A stretch of 63,836 nucleotides of DNA, the filler included, from Collodictyon triciliatum (taxonomy: Eukaryota), in the NCBI GenBank assembly GCA_043381765.1. It is 5 parts of 5 records of this genome, joined end to end, with 100 filler letters (N's around TTAATTAATTAA, not from the genome) between each part and the next. Parts side by side here need not be neighbours in the genome. Positions count along the whole stretch, not along the records: positions 17,496 to 34,872 come from JBHJMP010001463.1; positions 34,973 to 52,297 come from JBHJMP010001464.1; 3 more parts are not named here. The stretch is one strand, 5' to 3'. The position numbers and the translations under genes were made by a program. Numbering within the stretch: position 1 is the first letter of the stretch; every line of letters begins with the position of its first letter. The notes below the pieces were generated by a model. The model ran no database searches and was not told the DNA's origin. It saw only the letters and a list, made by a program, of their open reading frames with translations. Below, piece by piece: positions 25,499-43,519 of this stretch.

Positions 25499-28364
25499 GG
25501 ACAGTTATGTGATATAAATAGTGTCAAAAGATGATGGGTTTTTTTCATCAAGAATAGTAATTTTTTGATGTAAATGATAAAATCTTGTTTCAAATATATA
25601 ATCAAAACTCACAAGACACAAGAATGACTCTCCTTTCAGACAAGACGGCGGCAAAAAGTGACAGTATTTGATTGAGATGCATACATGCAAATAACGGAGT
25701 GAAAGTAACCTGAATTGAAATTTTCATCACCAAACAACATTCACAGATAGAGGCAACACAAAATCAAATCCGTGCTTCTATTTTTCTCTTCTTCTTTTTT
25801 TTTTTTTCATTGTTATTCTTTCATTTGCGGATACAACAATAAATCAAAATAACAGATTAGAGAATCGATCATAAGACAAAAGGCAGAGACATCAGCCAAG
25901 GGCGAGTCATCATCGTCTGGCCGAACCAATCGATATTCGATTCCCTCCGGTGTCTCGATGATAAAACTTTCACCTGAATAGACATGTGATTCAACAAACA
26001 AAGAAAAAAATGACATTATTCAGACAGTGTTCTTCTCGGTGTAAGTAATCAATCATCTCTATTTTACTCAAGAAAAAATAAGAATTGCTGTCAAAAAAGA
26101 AGAAGAAAATAGCATGGTTAAGAGATAATCGTATAAAAAGGTTGAAAGTAAAGCGATCCAACGACTATTGTTGAAAAGGAATTAAAATGCAACAATTTAT
26201 ATAGAAACAGATTTCTTGAGGGACAGGAATCGAAACCAACCGGGAAGTGGAAAGGGATATTTCAAAACGCTCTTGAGAAAGTTTGGGACCGTGGTTGGGA
26301 GAGTCTCTGGAATGATGCAAAAGTGGGGCTGCTTGTAGGAATAGAGGCCCTCGAGCATCACAAGCATGTTGGAGTATAGAGAGAAGTAAGGACTGCAAAA
26401 ATAAATTTGTAAGTACAGAGGATATGAGACCATTCCATTTTATAATTACCTTTTTTTTAAAAAAAGAAAAGAAAAAAAGAAAAAAAGAAAAGCATTATTG
26501 TAATTAAACAATTTTTTTTAACCGCCCCTCTGAATTTAAAAATAAAATGGGGTTGTGGAGGGAAAAGGATTTGTTCATAAATTGTTTTCTTTTTTTTTTT
26601 CTTCCTCCTTCAAAATGATCAGAAAAAATGCTCATTCCATTTTTAAGAGATGTGCAAAAATGTCAAAGTAGAAAGAAAGAAAAAAAAACAAATAGCTGAT
26701 CATTCCAGAGTGACAGGATTATTGTTTGGTTTGCATACTTTTTGTCTTCCTCTACGAACAGAGTAGAATGAAAAAATTCGTGGCTTGAAGAAGACGGTTA
26801 AAAACAAGGTATTATTCAAGTCGACTTACAATCGTGTCAATAAACATAGACACAGAGGCTTCTGATCAGACTTTGGTGCCGGCATTATTCGGCGGCAGAA
26901 TCCGAATTGCTGTTGGCCGTCTGCATCCGTCAAGACAAACGAGTAACTAGGCAATACACATTATTATTTTTATGATTATGATTATTATGATTATTATTAT
27001 TATGATGATGATGATGATGATGATGATAATGATAAAAATAATAATCAAAATTATAAAGCAGAGTATTCCATACGTAAATGAGAAAAAGATAATCAACTAT
27101 GCAGATGAAACAAGAAATATATTTATAAATTCTACTTGATTAACAAAAACTATGTTTTCGGTGGTGGTTATGATGACAATAATGATTATGATTCTCACCA
27201 AGACACTTTATGCGACAGAATCTGTTCATAGAGAACCTCCGGGAAGCAAAATTGAGGCAAATCCTGTGAGATATATTTTAGATAATCAATTTGAGTGATA
27301 TCTCTGATAAAGCCGAGGAAATGATGTAAGACCTTGTTTCTGAGGTAAAAGACACAATATAAGCAAAACAAGCAGAAAATATAAATAAATCTACTGCAAT
27401 TTAATATTAATGATAATAAACACGAGAGCGGAGGAGGTAACAAACCCGCGGGATTTCTACGCTGTTTGCAGCAACCGGATATTGCAAGCGAATAACAGGC
27501 ACAAAGGGCGTCTTCGGATCTGCAGACGAAAACAAAAACAAAAACATGTAAAAACATGGACAATAGAGAAAAAAATGATGAGCACATTCCATAATACACT
27601 ATTTTTTGTGAGTTCAGTAATTTCTTCAATAGTATATGAATTCATGCATTTTTATCTCATTGATTTAATTCTGAAATGAAAACGCACGATGATATTACAG
27701 TAAATTATTGTTTTGTTTTTGTTTTATTTTTGTTTTTATTTTTGTTTTTTGTTTTTTGTTTTTTGTTTTTTGTTTTTTGTTTTTTGTTTTTTGTTTTTTA
27801 TTTTTGCTTTTGCTTTTGCGTTTGTTTTTGTTTTTGTTTTTGTTTTTGTTTATTTATTATTATTTATTTGCTATGGAACAAGAAGTCGAATATCCCTCCA
27901 CTTACGTTTCTTACAAGAATCAAAGAAGAAAGAAGTAACCGAAAAAGGACACAATGGTTTTAAAACTTAAAAAGAAACATAACTATTATATTGTACAGAG
28001 TCAAAAATTAAATTATGTATCAATCAATAAGTAAATGAAAAGGACTATCCAGTGCTGTGAATGACCCCTCTCGTGGTAGAAGAATATAAGTGGAGCGAGA
28101 CGGACCAAACGACATATAATCATACAACACGACTAAACAAAAACCAAAAAAAAAAAAAAAAGACATACACGAATGAATAAGGTGACTGACATTCAATCAT
28201 TCTCCCAGGAAAACACGCCGCAACTTGGGCAGCAGGAAGAAGCACAAACCTTCACGTATTTCCAGCCCAACTACGATGAAGCTCTCAAAGAGTCTGCGCG
28301 GCTTCGGACTGGGCTTTTCCTTCTGCTTGTCGCCCGGCTTCAAAGCCTGCTTTGGTTCGGACAT
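21325..28364 (-). CDS. DENN-domain Rab GEF, DENND1/connecdenn-like, about 20 exons
   Basis: uDENN RLFESFIVVGL, PQFCFP, YSFVLTDADGQQQFGFCR; cDENN LFAAVLSERRVILVSSSLSKLSTCC...YPFNWQHIFIPVLP...TAPMPFLIG; dDENN FLSFFVSIFGNYR, FLEEFRHCQMFERF; disordered tail with LLDLE and DLL motifs. Confidence 0.92.
22545..22613. repeat. Intronic (AATCAAG)n
   Basis: Read directly from the sequence. Confidence 0.95.
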
Positions 28365-29210
28365 CGTTTTTTGCAGCAGCACCGCGGAGTCTGAGGCCAA
28401 CAAAAGGTGATCTTCTGCGCGGCGGTATGTTGAAAAAGAGTGGTGATCAAAGAAAAAGAAAAAGAAAAAGAAGGAAAGACAGATAGTGATCTGCTTGTGG
28501 CGCGAAGGACAAAGTTGACGGGACAAAAACGCGATCGCCACACGGAAGCGAATGGAATAGGAAAACCCATTTTTGTTTGTGGCGAATTGGGGAAAAGAAG
28601 GACGATGTCAAAGTTGCAGAGTACGATTACGATCGTCTGCGGCTTTGATGAAAGCGATGAAAGTGATGAAAGTGATGAAAGCCCGAGGCTGGTTGCATCT
28701 GCTCGTCTTTTTCTTTTCTTTTTTGAGTGATTTGTAGTGATTTATAGTGATGCGTCGCTAAAGATGTTATGTTCAGTGTTTTGCGAATGATTTGCTGTTG
28801 AGACTGCGCGCAGAAGACCCAACGCGGTAAATGCTTTGACGGAAGAATGAATCGAGTGGTGATTGCCAGAAGGGTCAGCACCCGGAAAGTATTTTAATCA
28901 ATATTCGAGTTATGATTATGGTATTTGTTGGATTATATTATGCTATCATTTTGCGCCTGTGTTAAAATATTATGAGAAAAAGCGAAGGAAGAAAGATATA
29001 TTCGTTTCTGCGAAATTCATCCTGGCATTATTTTGAATGAGTCACGCGGTTCGGCTTCGAACCTTCGATGAATGAAATTTAATATCAGAAAGACCGGATA
29101 TTCCATTGATAAAAAACAATAACATAAATCTAAAGCACCAACAAGGACGAATGCAACATCCTCGTCCAAAAGAAATCAACCAAAACCTAGCAAATACTGT
29201 GCTCTCAAAG

Positions 29211-32200
29211 TCATCCGATGTCGACGCTAACAGTCTCTTTTGGCAATCGAAGGTCTTGGAAGTTGGGTCGCTCTGCCGCATTGGAGTTCCAGCATATTTT
29301 CATCATACGAACAAGCCCGTCGTTCATGCTGACTTTGATTTCCGGCCTCTTCCCTTTGATTACATCATACTGAATCGTCATCGCATCATTGTCCCCATAC
29401 GGTTTCTTTCGCGCTTCTATTTCCCACAAAAGTATTCCGAAGCTATACACATCAGCCTTTTCGTTGTATTGTTCTCCAGTGAAAACCTGGATATAAAATA
29501 AAAGGCATCGTTGAATGTTAAGGTCTCAGTTCCATGCGTAATGTTTGTATCTATATTTTTGTATCAACATATTTGATATTCCAATACAAACCTCGGGCGC
29601 TTGGTATGCAAGAGTTCCGCATTTCGTCATTGTGCGGTTTTGGATTTTGACCCTGGCGAATCCAAAGTCACATAGCTTTGCGCAGAAGCTCGAATCAACC
29701 TACGAAAATCCTGATTGAGTCTCCCCTTGCTCGCATGCATGCGTCTCCTATCTCAAATGTGATACAGCCGCTGCCCTCACAAGAAATACCAAGCACGATG
29801 TTATTAAATAGCAAGGATAGATATTCACAAGGACATTCGTCGACTTCAAATCGCGATGCAGAATGGGCGGCTTGAGTGAGTGGAGATACTCCATCCCGTC
29901 TATTATCCCTTGAATCATTTTGAACCTGAAGAAAGTAAACATCAAAGTTACGATAGTCTTGACTATACTCTTTCAACCCATGGGATATAATTGGATTCGT
30001 TTGGCACATGTTGGTCACCAATTAACTCGTGGCTTGCTTTGCACATCGTAATTACACTGTACACTGAAAAAAAAAACACCCAAAAGAAGTCTAAAAGAAG
30101 ATAAAAAGAAGCTTGCTTGTTTGAAGTGCTCAGCTCTTGTTTTTGGTCGAGCAGCAGGCTGCGGAGATTTCCTGGCTGGACAAGCTCCATCACAATCGCA
30201 AGATTCGGCACTTCAGTACATGCTGCAATAAACTCGACGATGTTTTTGTGCCGCAGCTTTCTGTTTCGTAGCAAGTCATTCAATACATTTGAATCTCCAA
30301 AAGCACTTCTCCATCTTCCGTTTCCCAAAACATCATTCTCTTGACTATATATTATTGCCTTTCGAGAAGCACATAAAATACACGCCCATTGGTATAATCA
30401 TGGCTATTGTCCGTACTCACCTCATTATCGCAACTTCAGAAATGAAATTGATGTAATATTGGTCTTTCTTGTTCTGTGCAAACATCCTTTTTACTGCCAC
30501 CGCCTTGTCCTGTATCGAATTGAGCAGTCAAGCAGCAGAATATATAAAACAGCTGATCTGTCAGACATAGCTGCGTTCACACCATTCACGGTACAGTGCA
30601 ACTGCCTCACCACACCACATAGCCTACCTTATATGTTGCAGAGTAAATGAATCCATAACTACCAGCTCCCAATGTCTTTTCGCTGATATCCAGCTCGTGG
30701 ATACTTATTTCCCATTGGTTTCTTGCTCGCAAAGGAGGAAGCTCGTCGGGTGGATGAGGATTCGGGTCTAGGTCGTGGAACCGTCCAAGCGTTTTTCCAG
30801 GTGCAAGATTCGAGAACCGGTTCGCTCGTTCGTAAGCATCCGATTTTTCTGCGGTTGGGATATTGGGGTGGAGAGCTCCAACCATGGATGAGTCCGACTA
30901 TGTGAAAGGAAAGATGATGAATCGTATCAATCAGAGCAATTGTAATGGTCATAATTGCATGAAAGAAATATACAAAAGTATTATTATACAGTTTCAAATA
31001 TTTTCGTAGAGCAAATATATTATGCAAAAGCAAACCCCAATAAAATGACCAGCTCGACTAATACTTTTAAAGTTTATATCAATCGGTTTGGCCTTATAGA
31101 AGACCTACAAATTATTAAGGATAATTAAAAAAAATCGACAAAAGCAAGAAATATGCCAATATTTCAAAAGAAATCATACTTCGTAATAGCATGTGTCTTT
31201 CTCCATATCTGATGCTTTGTAAGCTGGTAAGATTGTTGCGAGGCTATCAATCCCACTCATCTTTGTTGCTAGTTCCTGTATGCCATACCCAGTAAGGACG
31301 AAACCCGTAATCAATCCACATCCAAAACATAAATGCATAGAATACGTCCAATTATATAAAAATATTCTTCATAACACTCAAATATAAATAAAGGGGGAAA
31401 AATAAAGCATGACGCGTGTATGACTGTCAATCATGGTAATCAAACAATACTTGGTAGAAGCTCTCATCAACAAGGCAATGCCCTCCATTCGACCCGATAC
31501 GGCTGAGCTTGATGGCCCCAGAAACAACCTTTACAAACCGCACAGTCCATTCAATTTCCTCTCACATTGTCAGAGTATTACAAATCCAAATGGAAAACTC
31601 ATCATGCGCTCGACGTTTTCAAGGCTAACCAGTCTAGAAATATTAAAATACCTTTCCAGTATACCGACCGCGTCCACTTTCCCCATCCACTTTCATATGT
31701 GCCTCTCCAAAGCACAAACCCTATGTTGATATTCGAAATCCTCATTTGAATGATAGAGGTGTCGAAATCAAGAACAGTTCAATCAAGTGGGCCGATGGGA
31801 AAAATCACTACCGTTTGTGTTTTCAGTCCTTGGTAGTCCCCATCGTACATTTGCTTACAGAGCTCATGTATGGCTATCTCCCGAGGCCATGGTGCCTCAA
31901 ACCATTGATTTTGTACAGACCAGCAAAACCTATCAAACAATACATTGCCTTAACAGAAAATACAAAAATACTGATAAAAAAGGGACATCCCCGTTATTTT
32001 CTTGATATTATAGCGTATGTGCTGGAAAAGGTATTCGTGGTCACATACTTGATGGCTTCGACTACATCTCTAAACGCAATCATGAAGTTCTCGATGTCGT
32101 TTTGGACAATATACCCTCGGTGTTTGCGACATTCCTTGCCAGAAAGTGTTTATGAAAAAAAACATTGAAATAATCCAGTGCATTATCATATTATAATCAT

Positions 32201-34710
32201 GAAAATCAGTCTCTCGTCGATTTAAAATTACGCATATCATGTATTAAACCATCAACATACCTTTCGTATTATGTTATTGTGTGTCAAAACTGCATCACCC
32301 ATCGCATCTGGTATGTCCTCCCAAAGACGCTCTGACCCGTAAACTCGAGAGCAAAGAATTACAATGTGACCCTCGGGTGGTACATCACTCTCACTGGACT
32401 CTGCCTGGAATGGTAGAAATTGATTAAGTGATGGTGTCAAAGTAATTAAAGTGATGTGACACTTTCGAGACACATCCAAAGAAAATGGAGTAATAAATCC
32501 TTGATTCGCCGAGCAAGAATAATGGCATGAAAATCATGAGATAATCCATACCATGGAAGAGCTTGTTGTGGATGTCCTAGAGTTTTCAGATATTTCCTAT
32601 TATAATAATTATGAATTCAAAACAACATCATTAATTTTTATATAAAATTAGATATTAACGCATCATTCATTCATACTTGTAAAGATTTTGTGATAGCCTG
32701 AAAGTCAGGGCGTTTGTGCTTCTCATGGTGCCATACTGATGATATCAAAGTCTGTAAATCTGATGGAAACTTTCGAGTGAACTCAGGTCTCATATTTCGA
32801 ACAACAATCTCCATCGTTATATGCATCATGTTACTATGGTTTGAATATGGGTCGAGCCGCTCTATAATTTCCCACATGACGATGCCAAAACTGTAAATGT
32901 CAGCTTTCTCTGTGAAGCGTTCCCCACTCAAAATTTCAGGCGCCATCCACAAAACACTACCAATAGCTCCATCAACAGTGACACCATCGCGCATGACTGT
33001 CATACCAAAGTCACTATAAACATCACACACAGGAGATTAGTACAATAAAAATTGGAATTTACCCTTAAAATACAATTTGATAGATGGTAAACGATAAATA
33101 GAAGATAGAAGATAGAAGATAGAAGATAGATGATAGATGATAGATGATAGATGATAGATGATAGATGATAGATGATAGATGATAGATGATAGATGATAGA
33201 TGATAGATGATAGATGATAGATGATAGATGAATAAATGAATAGATAAATAGATGGAGCAATATAAAACACAAAAATACTCTTCAATATCACCTTATTTTC
33301 AGTCGACTGCGGTCATCCATCTAAGTGCCACGCAAACACCCGATTATGTGATTCGACCATAAAATATTTAAAAAAATTCATTCAGTGAGAAAAAATACAT
33401 AGCATATCATGTTTCATCAAAATTCGATATGAATCATCATTTTTGGAACGTATCTTTACAAGAATATTCAAGCTTTTCAAGTCTCTGTGCAGAATCGGCG
33501 GGTTACACATATGAAGATATTGCATGCCTGAAGTGTGAGTTTCATCCACTTTTAAATCCTTCAAAAATAGCTTTCAACACAAAAATACACCTCAAATTAA
33601 CTATGCCAGTTGTCTAAACGTGTACTTCAGATGCCAGGCTTCCTAGACTCAAACCTTTTGCTATGTCCAGCATATACTGGATTCGGACGCCATACGGAAT
33701 CGCCCGACTCTCGTTGTGAAGAATGTCGTAAAGGGTTCCTTGACTCATGAGCTCGCACACAAGACAAAGGTGCTCTGGCTCCAGGCACGCTCCCATGTAC
33801 AACAGAATATTTGGATGCCGTAGCCCCCTTTCATAAGAGACGCCATCCAATTATGTACCATGTTGCGTTGAAAAACAACCCCATCGAAAAATTACAGGGT
33901 AGAAAGTCACATTAAGCTTTCAAAGACATCACAAGAATTACTGAATATCCACTCACACCATCACTCCGATTTCCTGTCGGAAAGCCTCTATGGATTTTTC
34001 GTTGGCATACTGCGGCGGTATTTTTTTGATTGCAACCTCCGTTCCTCGCCACTCGCCCTTGTAAACCTACAAACAATTAAAAGAGAATAACAAAGGAAAC
34101 GGAAAAATTGATTTCAGCATAGTGCAGAAAAAAACACTGCATATGCTCGTCTAATCTAAAAATAAAATAAAATAGCCAAGCATAGGTATAGTAAAAAAGG
34201 TCTGACAGAATGAGCTGCTGTTTCCATCCACTAGAGACTCCATTCTCTACATAAATACCTCAATTCACCTTATTGCTAAAATACTTGCCTCGCCGTAGCT
34301 CCCTCTTCCAACGAGTCCGAAGATTCTCAGGTCTTGTGACTCTATCATTCCAAGAAGCTTGTTCTTGGCCCCTATCACATCATTAAGGAGCCTTCTTCGG
34401 TACATCAGAACAACAGCCACCGTTCCTATCAATAATCCCCCCACACTGCCACCTACGATACCTCCGAGAGCTCCTCTCGATAGCTCTTTTCTGTCTGCAG
34501 AGAGCGACCGGGAGGTACCAAAAAAAAGCATTTAAACTGAGTCAACAATCATCATTTCAACAGTATTGTGAATCAACCACTCTGTGTGCTTTTCTAATTT
34601 TAGAGCCTGAAGTTACCTTCTTTGCATTCTTGCTGGGACGTCAAAGCCGTGCAAAAGTGACCATTTAGTGAAACAAAATTAATAGTGACGGCTTCATAAA
34701 TAGAATACGA
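29211..34710 (-). CDS. Single-pass receptor: TM - TKL kinase - class III cyclase-like domain - TKL kinase; ectodomain truncated by the scaffold end
   Basis: TM GALGGIVGGSVGGLLIGTVAVVLMYRRR. Kinase 1: GRGSYGEV, VAIK, HRDLKSLN, DFG, WMAPE. Cyclase-like: PPEGHIVIL...LWEDIPDAMGDAVLTHNNIIRK...GYIV...FMIAF. Kinase 2: GAGSYG, VAVK, HRDLKSTN, DFG, YQAPE. Confidence 0.92.
33098..33230. repeat. Intronic (GATAGAT/GATAGAA)n
   Basis: Read directly from the sequence. Confidence 0.95.
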
Positions 34711-34740
34711 CACACATTGTACAAACGCAAAGAACGGCAC

Positions 34741-34872
<132 letters not shown>

Positions 34873-34972
34873 NNNNNNNNNNNNNNNNNNNNNNNNNNNN
34901 NNNNNNNNNNNNNNNNTTAATTAATTAANNNNNNNNNNNNNNNNNNNNNNNNNNNNNNNNNNNNNNNNNNNN
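34873..34972. other. Artificial scaffold spacer
   Basis: N44-TTAATTAATTAA-N44. Confidence 0.97.
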
Positions 34973-35071
34973 ATACACAACAATAATACACAACAATAAT
35001 ACACAACAATAATACACAACAATAATACACAACAATAATACACAACAATAATACACAACAATAATACACAA
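34973..35071. repeat. 13-bp tandem repeat (ATACACAACAATA)n at the scaffold start
   Basis: Read directly from the sequence. Confidence 0.9.
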
Positions 35072-35138
35072 CAGAGTATACAACAATACAACCAAACAGT
35101 ATATTCCAACAGGAATAAATCCGCTCGCCACTTGGCTC

Positions 35139-35651
35139 ATGTCAGACATAGAGATTTTACTTCTGTGTGCCGAGGAATATCTCAGGCAATCCATTCCAAC
35201 GTCTCCAACAAGCGAAGTGACGATTCATGCAAAGCAGTTTCTTGAACGAGTGCGTATGCACAAAATCATTAGTGAAGAGCAGACAGTAGCCACAGGACTC
35301 TTTCTGTTTCATCGCTTCCTGCGTTTTGGTTTGAGTCTTGTACAGGATGCTTCATTGCTTTATCCCACAGAAACAAGTGTGGCTTTGCTTCTGGGAGCTG
35401 CTTTGTGCGTTGCAGGGAAAGTCTGCGAAGATGAGCCTTCGTGTGCCGCTGCATATGCACTTGCTTTGGGTATATCCCCACAGGACTTTGCTAATCTCGA
35501 ACTCAGCCTTCTATGCGCTACTCGCTGGAATTTGAGGATTTCGACTCGTAGCGTTGATATGTTGCTGTCAGCCCTTCGCTCACATCCGATGGCCCAGCCT
35601 GAGTCCCACTCTCTTCTCCCTATCCTTCACCCTCAATCGCATGATGTTTGA
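35139..35651 (+). CDS. Divergent PHO80/cyclin-P(U)-type cyclin, intronless, 170 aa
   Basis: LLLGAALCVAGKVCED...YALALGISPQDFANLELSLLCATRWNLRIS follows the PHO80 cyclin-box pattern (LxxALxxAxKxxDD...GISxxELNxLExxFLxxxxWxLxxS). Confidence 0.75.
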   Translation: MSDIEILLLCAEEYLRQSIPTSPTSEVTIHAKQFLERVRMHKIISEEQTVATGLFLFHRFLRFGLSLVQDASLLYPTETSVALLLGAALCVAGKVCEDEPSCAAAYALALGISPQDFANLELSLLCATRWNLRISTRSVDMLLSALRSHPMAQPESHSLLPILHPQSHDV

Positions 35652-36384
35652 CTGATGTATATGCTGGATATCATCGCACCTTCCCTTTGTTACATCCGTC
35701 AAGACTTTGTATTTCCTTCGTGATTGAAAGCGCGTGGCTCCCTTTCTTTTCTTTTCTTTTTCTTTTCATTCTTTTCATTCTTTTCATTCTTTTTCTTGTC
35801 ATTCTTCTATTCTTTTTATTCTTTTCCTTTGGCATCGTCTGATATCACTCGACAGGATTTTCTAACATGCATTCGCCTCTTGCTCGCACTTAATTGCCTT
35901 TCCATTCTTCCTGGGCTCACTGCAGCTTACATTATACAACACTGGGAAGATATAAAATAAACGAAGCACAGCCCAACCGTCACCAAGCAAACGGATTTGG
36001 GTTTATGTGTGTTGGGCACAGAGCACTCCAAACAACAAACATTGTGATAAAATATATATAGTAGCGCAATGAGAAAAAAAGGAGGAGGAGCTTGGCATAA
36101 CTCTATCTTCCTGTCCTTTATTTAATTCCCCCTTCTTCTACAAATAACCCAAGCTGTCGAGCTTCGTTTTCATTACAGGGACAGGACTAGTGCGTTTTTA
36201 CTGCATCGGCAACATATTACATCCGTGTACTTCGCCACCTCTTTGAAACGACCCGTCTGTCTCAACTCTTTTCTAACAACCTTTCTTTCTTTTTTTTTTT
36301 TAGTTAGTGTAGAAGTGCCTGTCCTTATCTGAGCTGCAGAGATCAGCTGAGTCGTGTTGATCGGCGTTTCCCATATTTTCTTGG

Positions 36385-41369
<4,985 letters not shown>

Positions 41370-41677
41370 TAATAGCGATTAGACTCTTTTCCCCTTTGAT
41401 ATCGCTTGGTTCCTCCGTGCGGAACTGTGCTAATTTCCAATCTTTTCAAGATAAAAGTGCCTTCAAAATGTCATTTTGGGGGTCTCCATAGAAACGAACA
41501 ACACTATCTTTCCCTATGAAGGGTGGATGTTTGCCAGCCAAATAATCACCAAATAAACAACAACAGAAAATGACTCTTGAAAGGATGGGAAGAGATTATT
41601 TATCTATCTATCTATTTATTTAATTATTTATTTAATTATTTATTTAATTATTTATTTAATTATTTATTTAATTATTT

Positions 41678-41722
<45 letters not shown>

Positions 41723-42129
41723 TTAAGCAACATTTTAGTTATTGTCATTTTACCGCCAGAACGAAAACCATTTCACTAATCAGCATTGCAGTCGTGACCA
41801 CATTGTATTTTTATTCCTTTTTTTCGTTCTGCCCCGCGGTATTATTTGTTCTTCATTCTTTTAGTTGCAGGTTTAGTCAATAGAGAAAGGGAAAACACAA
41901 CTTTGAGCCAAAAAGAAGAAAAAGAGAATAAAATATCAAGATCGTTACCAGAAGAAGGTTCAACTAACGCGGTGTATACAGATGGGTTCCTCCACCAGGA
42001 TGACAAAAAATAATAAGAATCTGGAGTGGACAAGCTTTCCCGCTTCTCTGCCTTTTTTATACTATCTCTAACCACATCACTAAGAGAAGCAAACAAAACA
42101 AAGCAAAACAAATAAATACTTAGAAGATC

Positions 42130-42836
42130 ATGAATAAAGACGGGCACGCAAACCCCCAAGGATCAACCAGCTTCGTCTCACAAGTTCCAAGATCGCAGGC
42201 GACTCCGTACGCTCCATATGTATGCCAAGGTTTCTTTCTTTTCTTTTCTTTTCTTTTCTTTTCTTTTCTTTTCTTTTCTTTTCTTTTCTTTTCTTTTCTT
42301 TTCTTTTCTTTTCTTTTCTTTTCTTTTCTTTTCTTTTCTTTTCCTTTCTTTTCCTTTCTTTTCTTTTCTTTTCTTTTCTTTTCTTTTCTTTTCTTTTCTT
42401 TTCTTATTTTTCACCTTTTTTTTTACGCACGATATTTTCACCGCTTCACTGTGGTATAAATCATGACCATCATAGCTTGCGGACATGGAAACATGCTGAA
42501 TGCGAGGGACTCAATCCGCTGCGTCAACTGCGGAAACAGAGTTCTTTATAAGAAGCGAACCACCAAAGGTAACACCCACAATCGACCCATATCCAGATAC
42601 TCAGCCGCACTTTATTTCACTTTATTTCAATAATTTTCTTTACATTTGCTGACTTTTTTTTCTTAATCACTCTATGGATAACGTATGCGAGTTTTAATGT
42701 ATGATAAAGACTTTGTTTATATCCATCATATATGTCGGCATCTAAAAGATTGATTTCTTTCCTATTTTTATTTTAATTGTTCGAATCGACGGTTCACAAC
42801 ACAATCATTATAGAGGTTGAGTTTGAGGCACGATAG
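42130..42836 (+). CDS. RPB12: RNA polymerase I/II/III shared subunit RPABC4 (RPB12), copy A; exons 42130-42229, 42476-42568, 42814-42836
   Basis: Spliced C-terminus YVCQACGHGNMLNARDSIRCVNCGNRVLYKKRTTKEVEFEAR* has CxxC-x13-CxxC, RxLYKKRT and a terminal FEAR. Missed by the ORF track. Confidence 0.93.
42233..42404. repeat. (TTTTC)n in RPB12-A intron 1
   Basis: Read directly from the sequence. Confidence 0.95.
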
Positions 42837-43519
42837 GCTATTTGTAAGAACGTATGGAAAAGAGTACGCAAGGGACTCAGAGACTCTTTGATATCGATCG
42901 TTGATTGACCCATATTCATCTCAAAGCGATTCAAGACTCCCTTTTTTTTCATTTTTCTTTTTTTTCATTTCTCTTACGTCCGCGTCGTGGAACAAGATGA
43001 GACAAATATGATAAAGATAACAACAGCAAACCAACCAAGGTACTCGGTAAGTATGCCCTTAATGATTTGTTTGCATGCAAAGATACCAATCAAGGGATTA
43101 TTCCCATCCATGCCCATATCTGTGAACTTAAGCACACATGAAGAGGAAGTAACAATGTCTATTGAAAAGGCCATCCCCAGAGTTTTCAACTCTTTTTTTT
43201 GTTTTTTTTTTTGTTTATCGGTAAGAACCATTTTCCCAGCTTTTGATATAGAAAAAATCAGATGACATTTTATTCTGTAACAACGCATCTCACAAATTAA
43301 TAATGAAACGAATAAGCACATGAAAGAATACAAACACAAACACAAATTGATGGGTGGGAAATAGAAAGAAAAAAAAAGGATGATTCTTTAGTAAACATCG
43401 GCATAAAAATAAAAATAACGCTCTCCATACTAAAAATCTAACAAACTTCAAAAAAAAAAAAAAAAAAAAGAAAGGAAAGAGAAAAGAAAGATTAGCGCCA
43501 TTCCATAACCGCAATTCCG

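Noticed and set aside
29211..34710. Endogenous giant-virus insertion suggested by the mimivirus-like kinase architecture
   Set aside because: The gene is intron-dense with host-type introns and no viral hallmark genes lie nearby.
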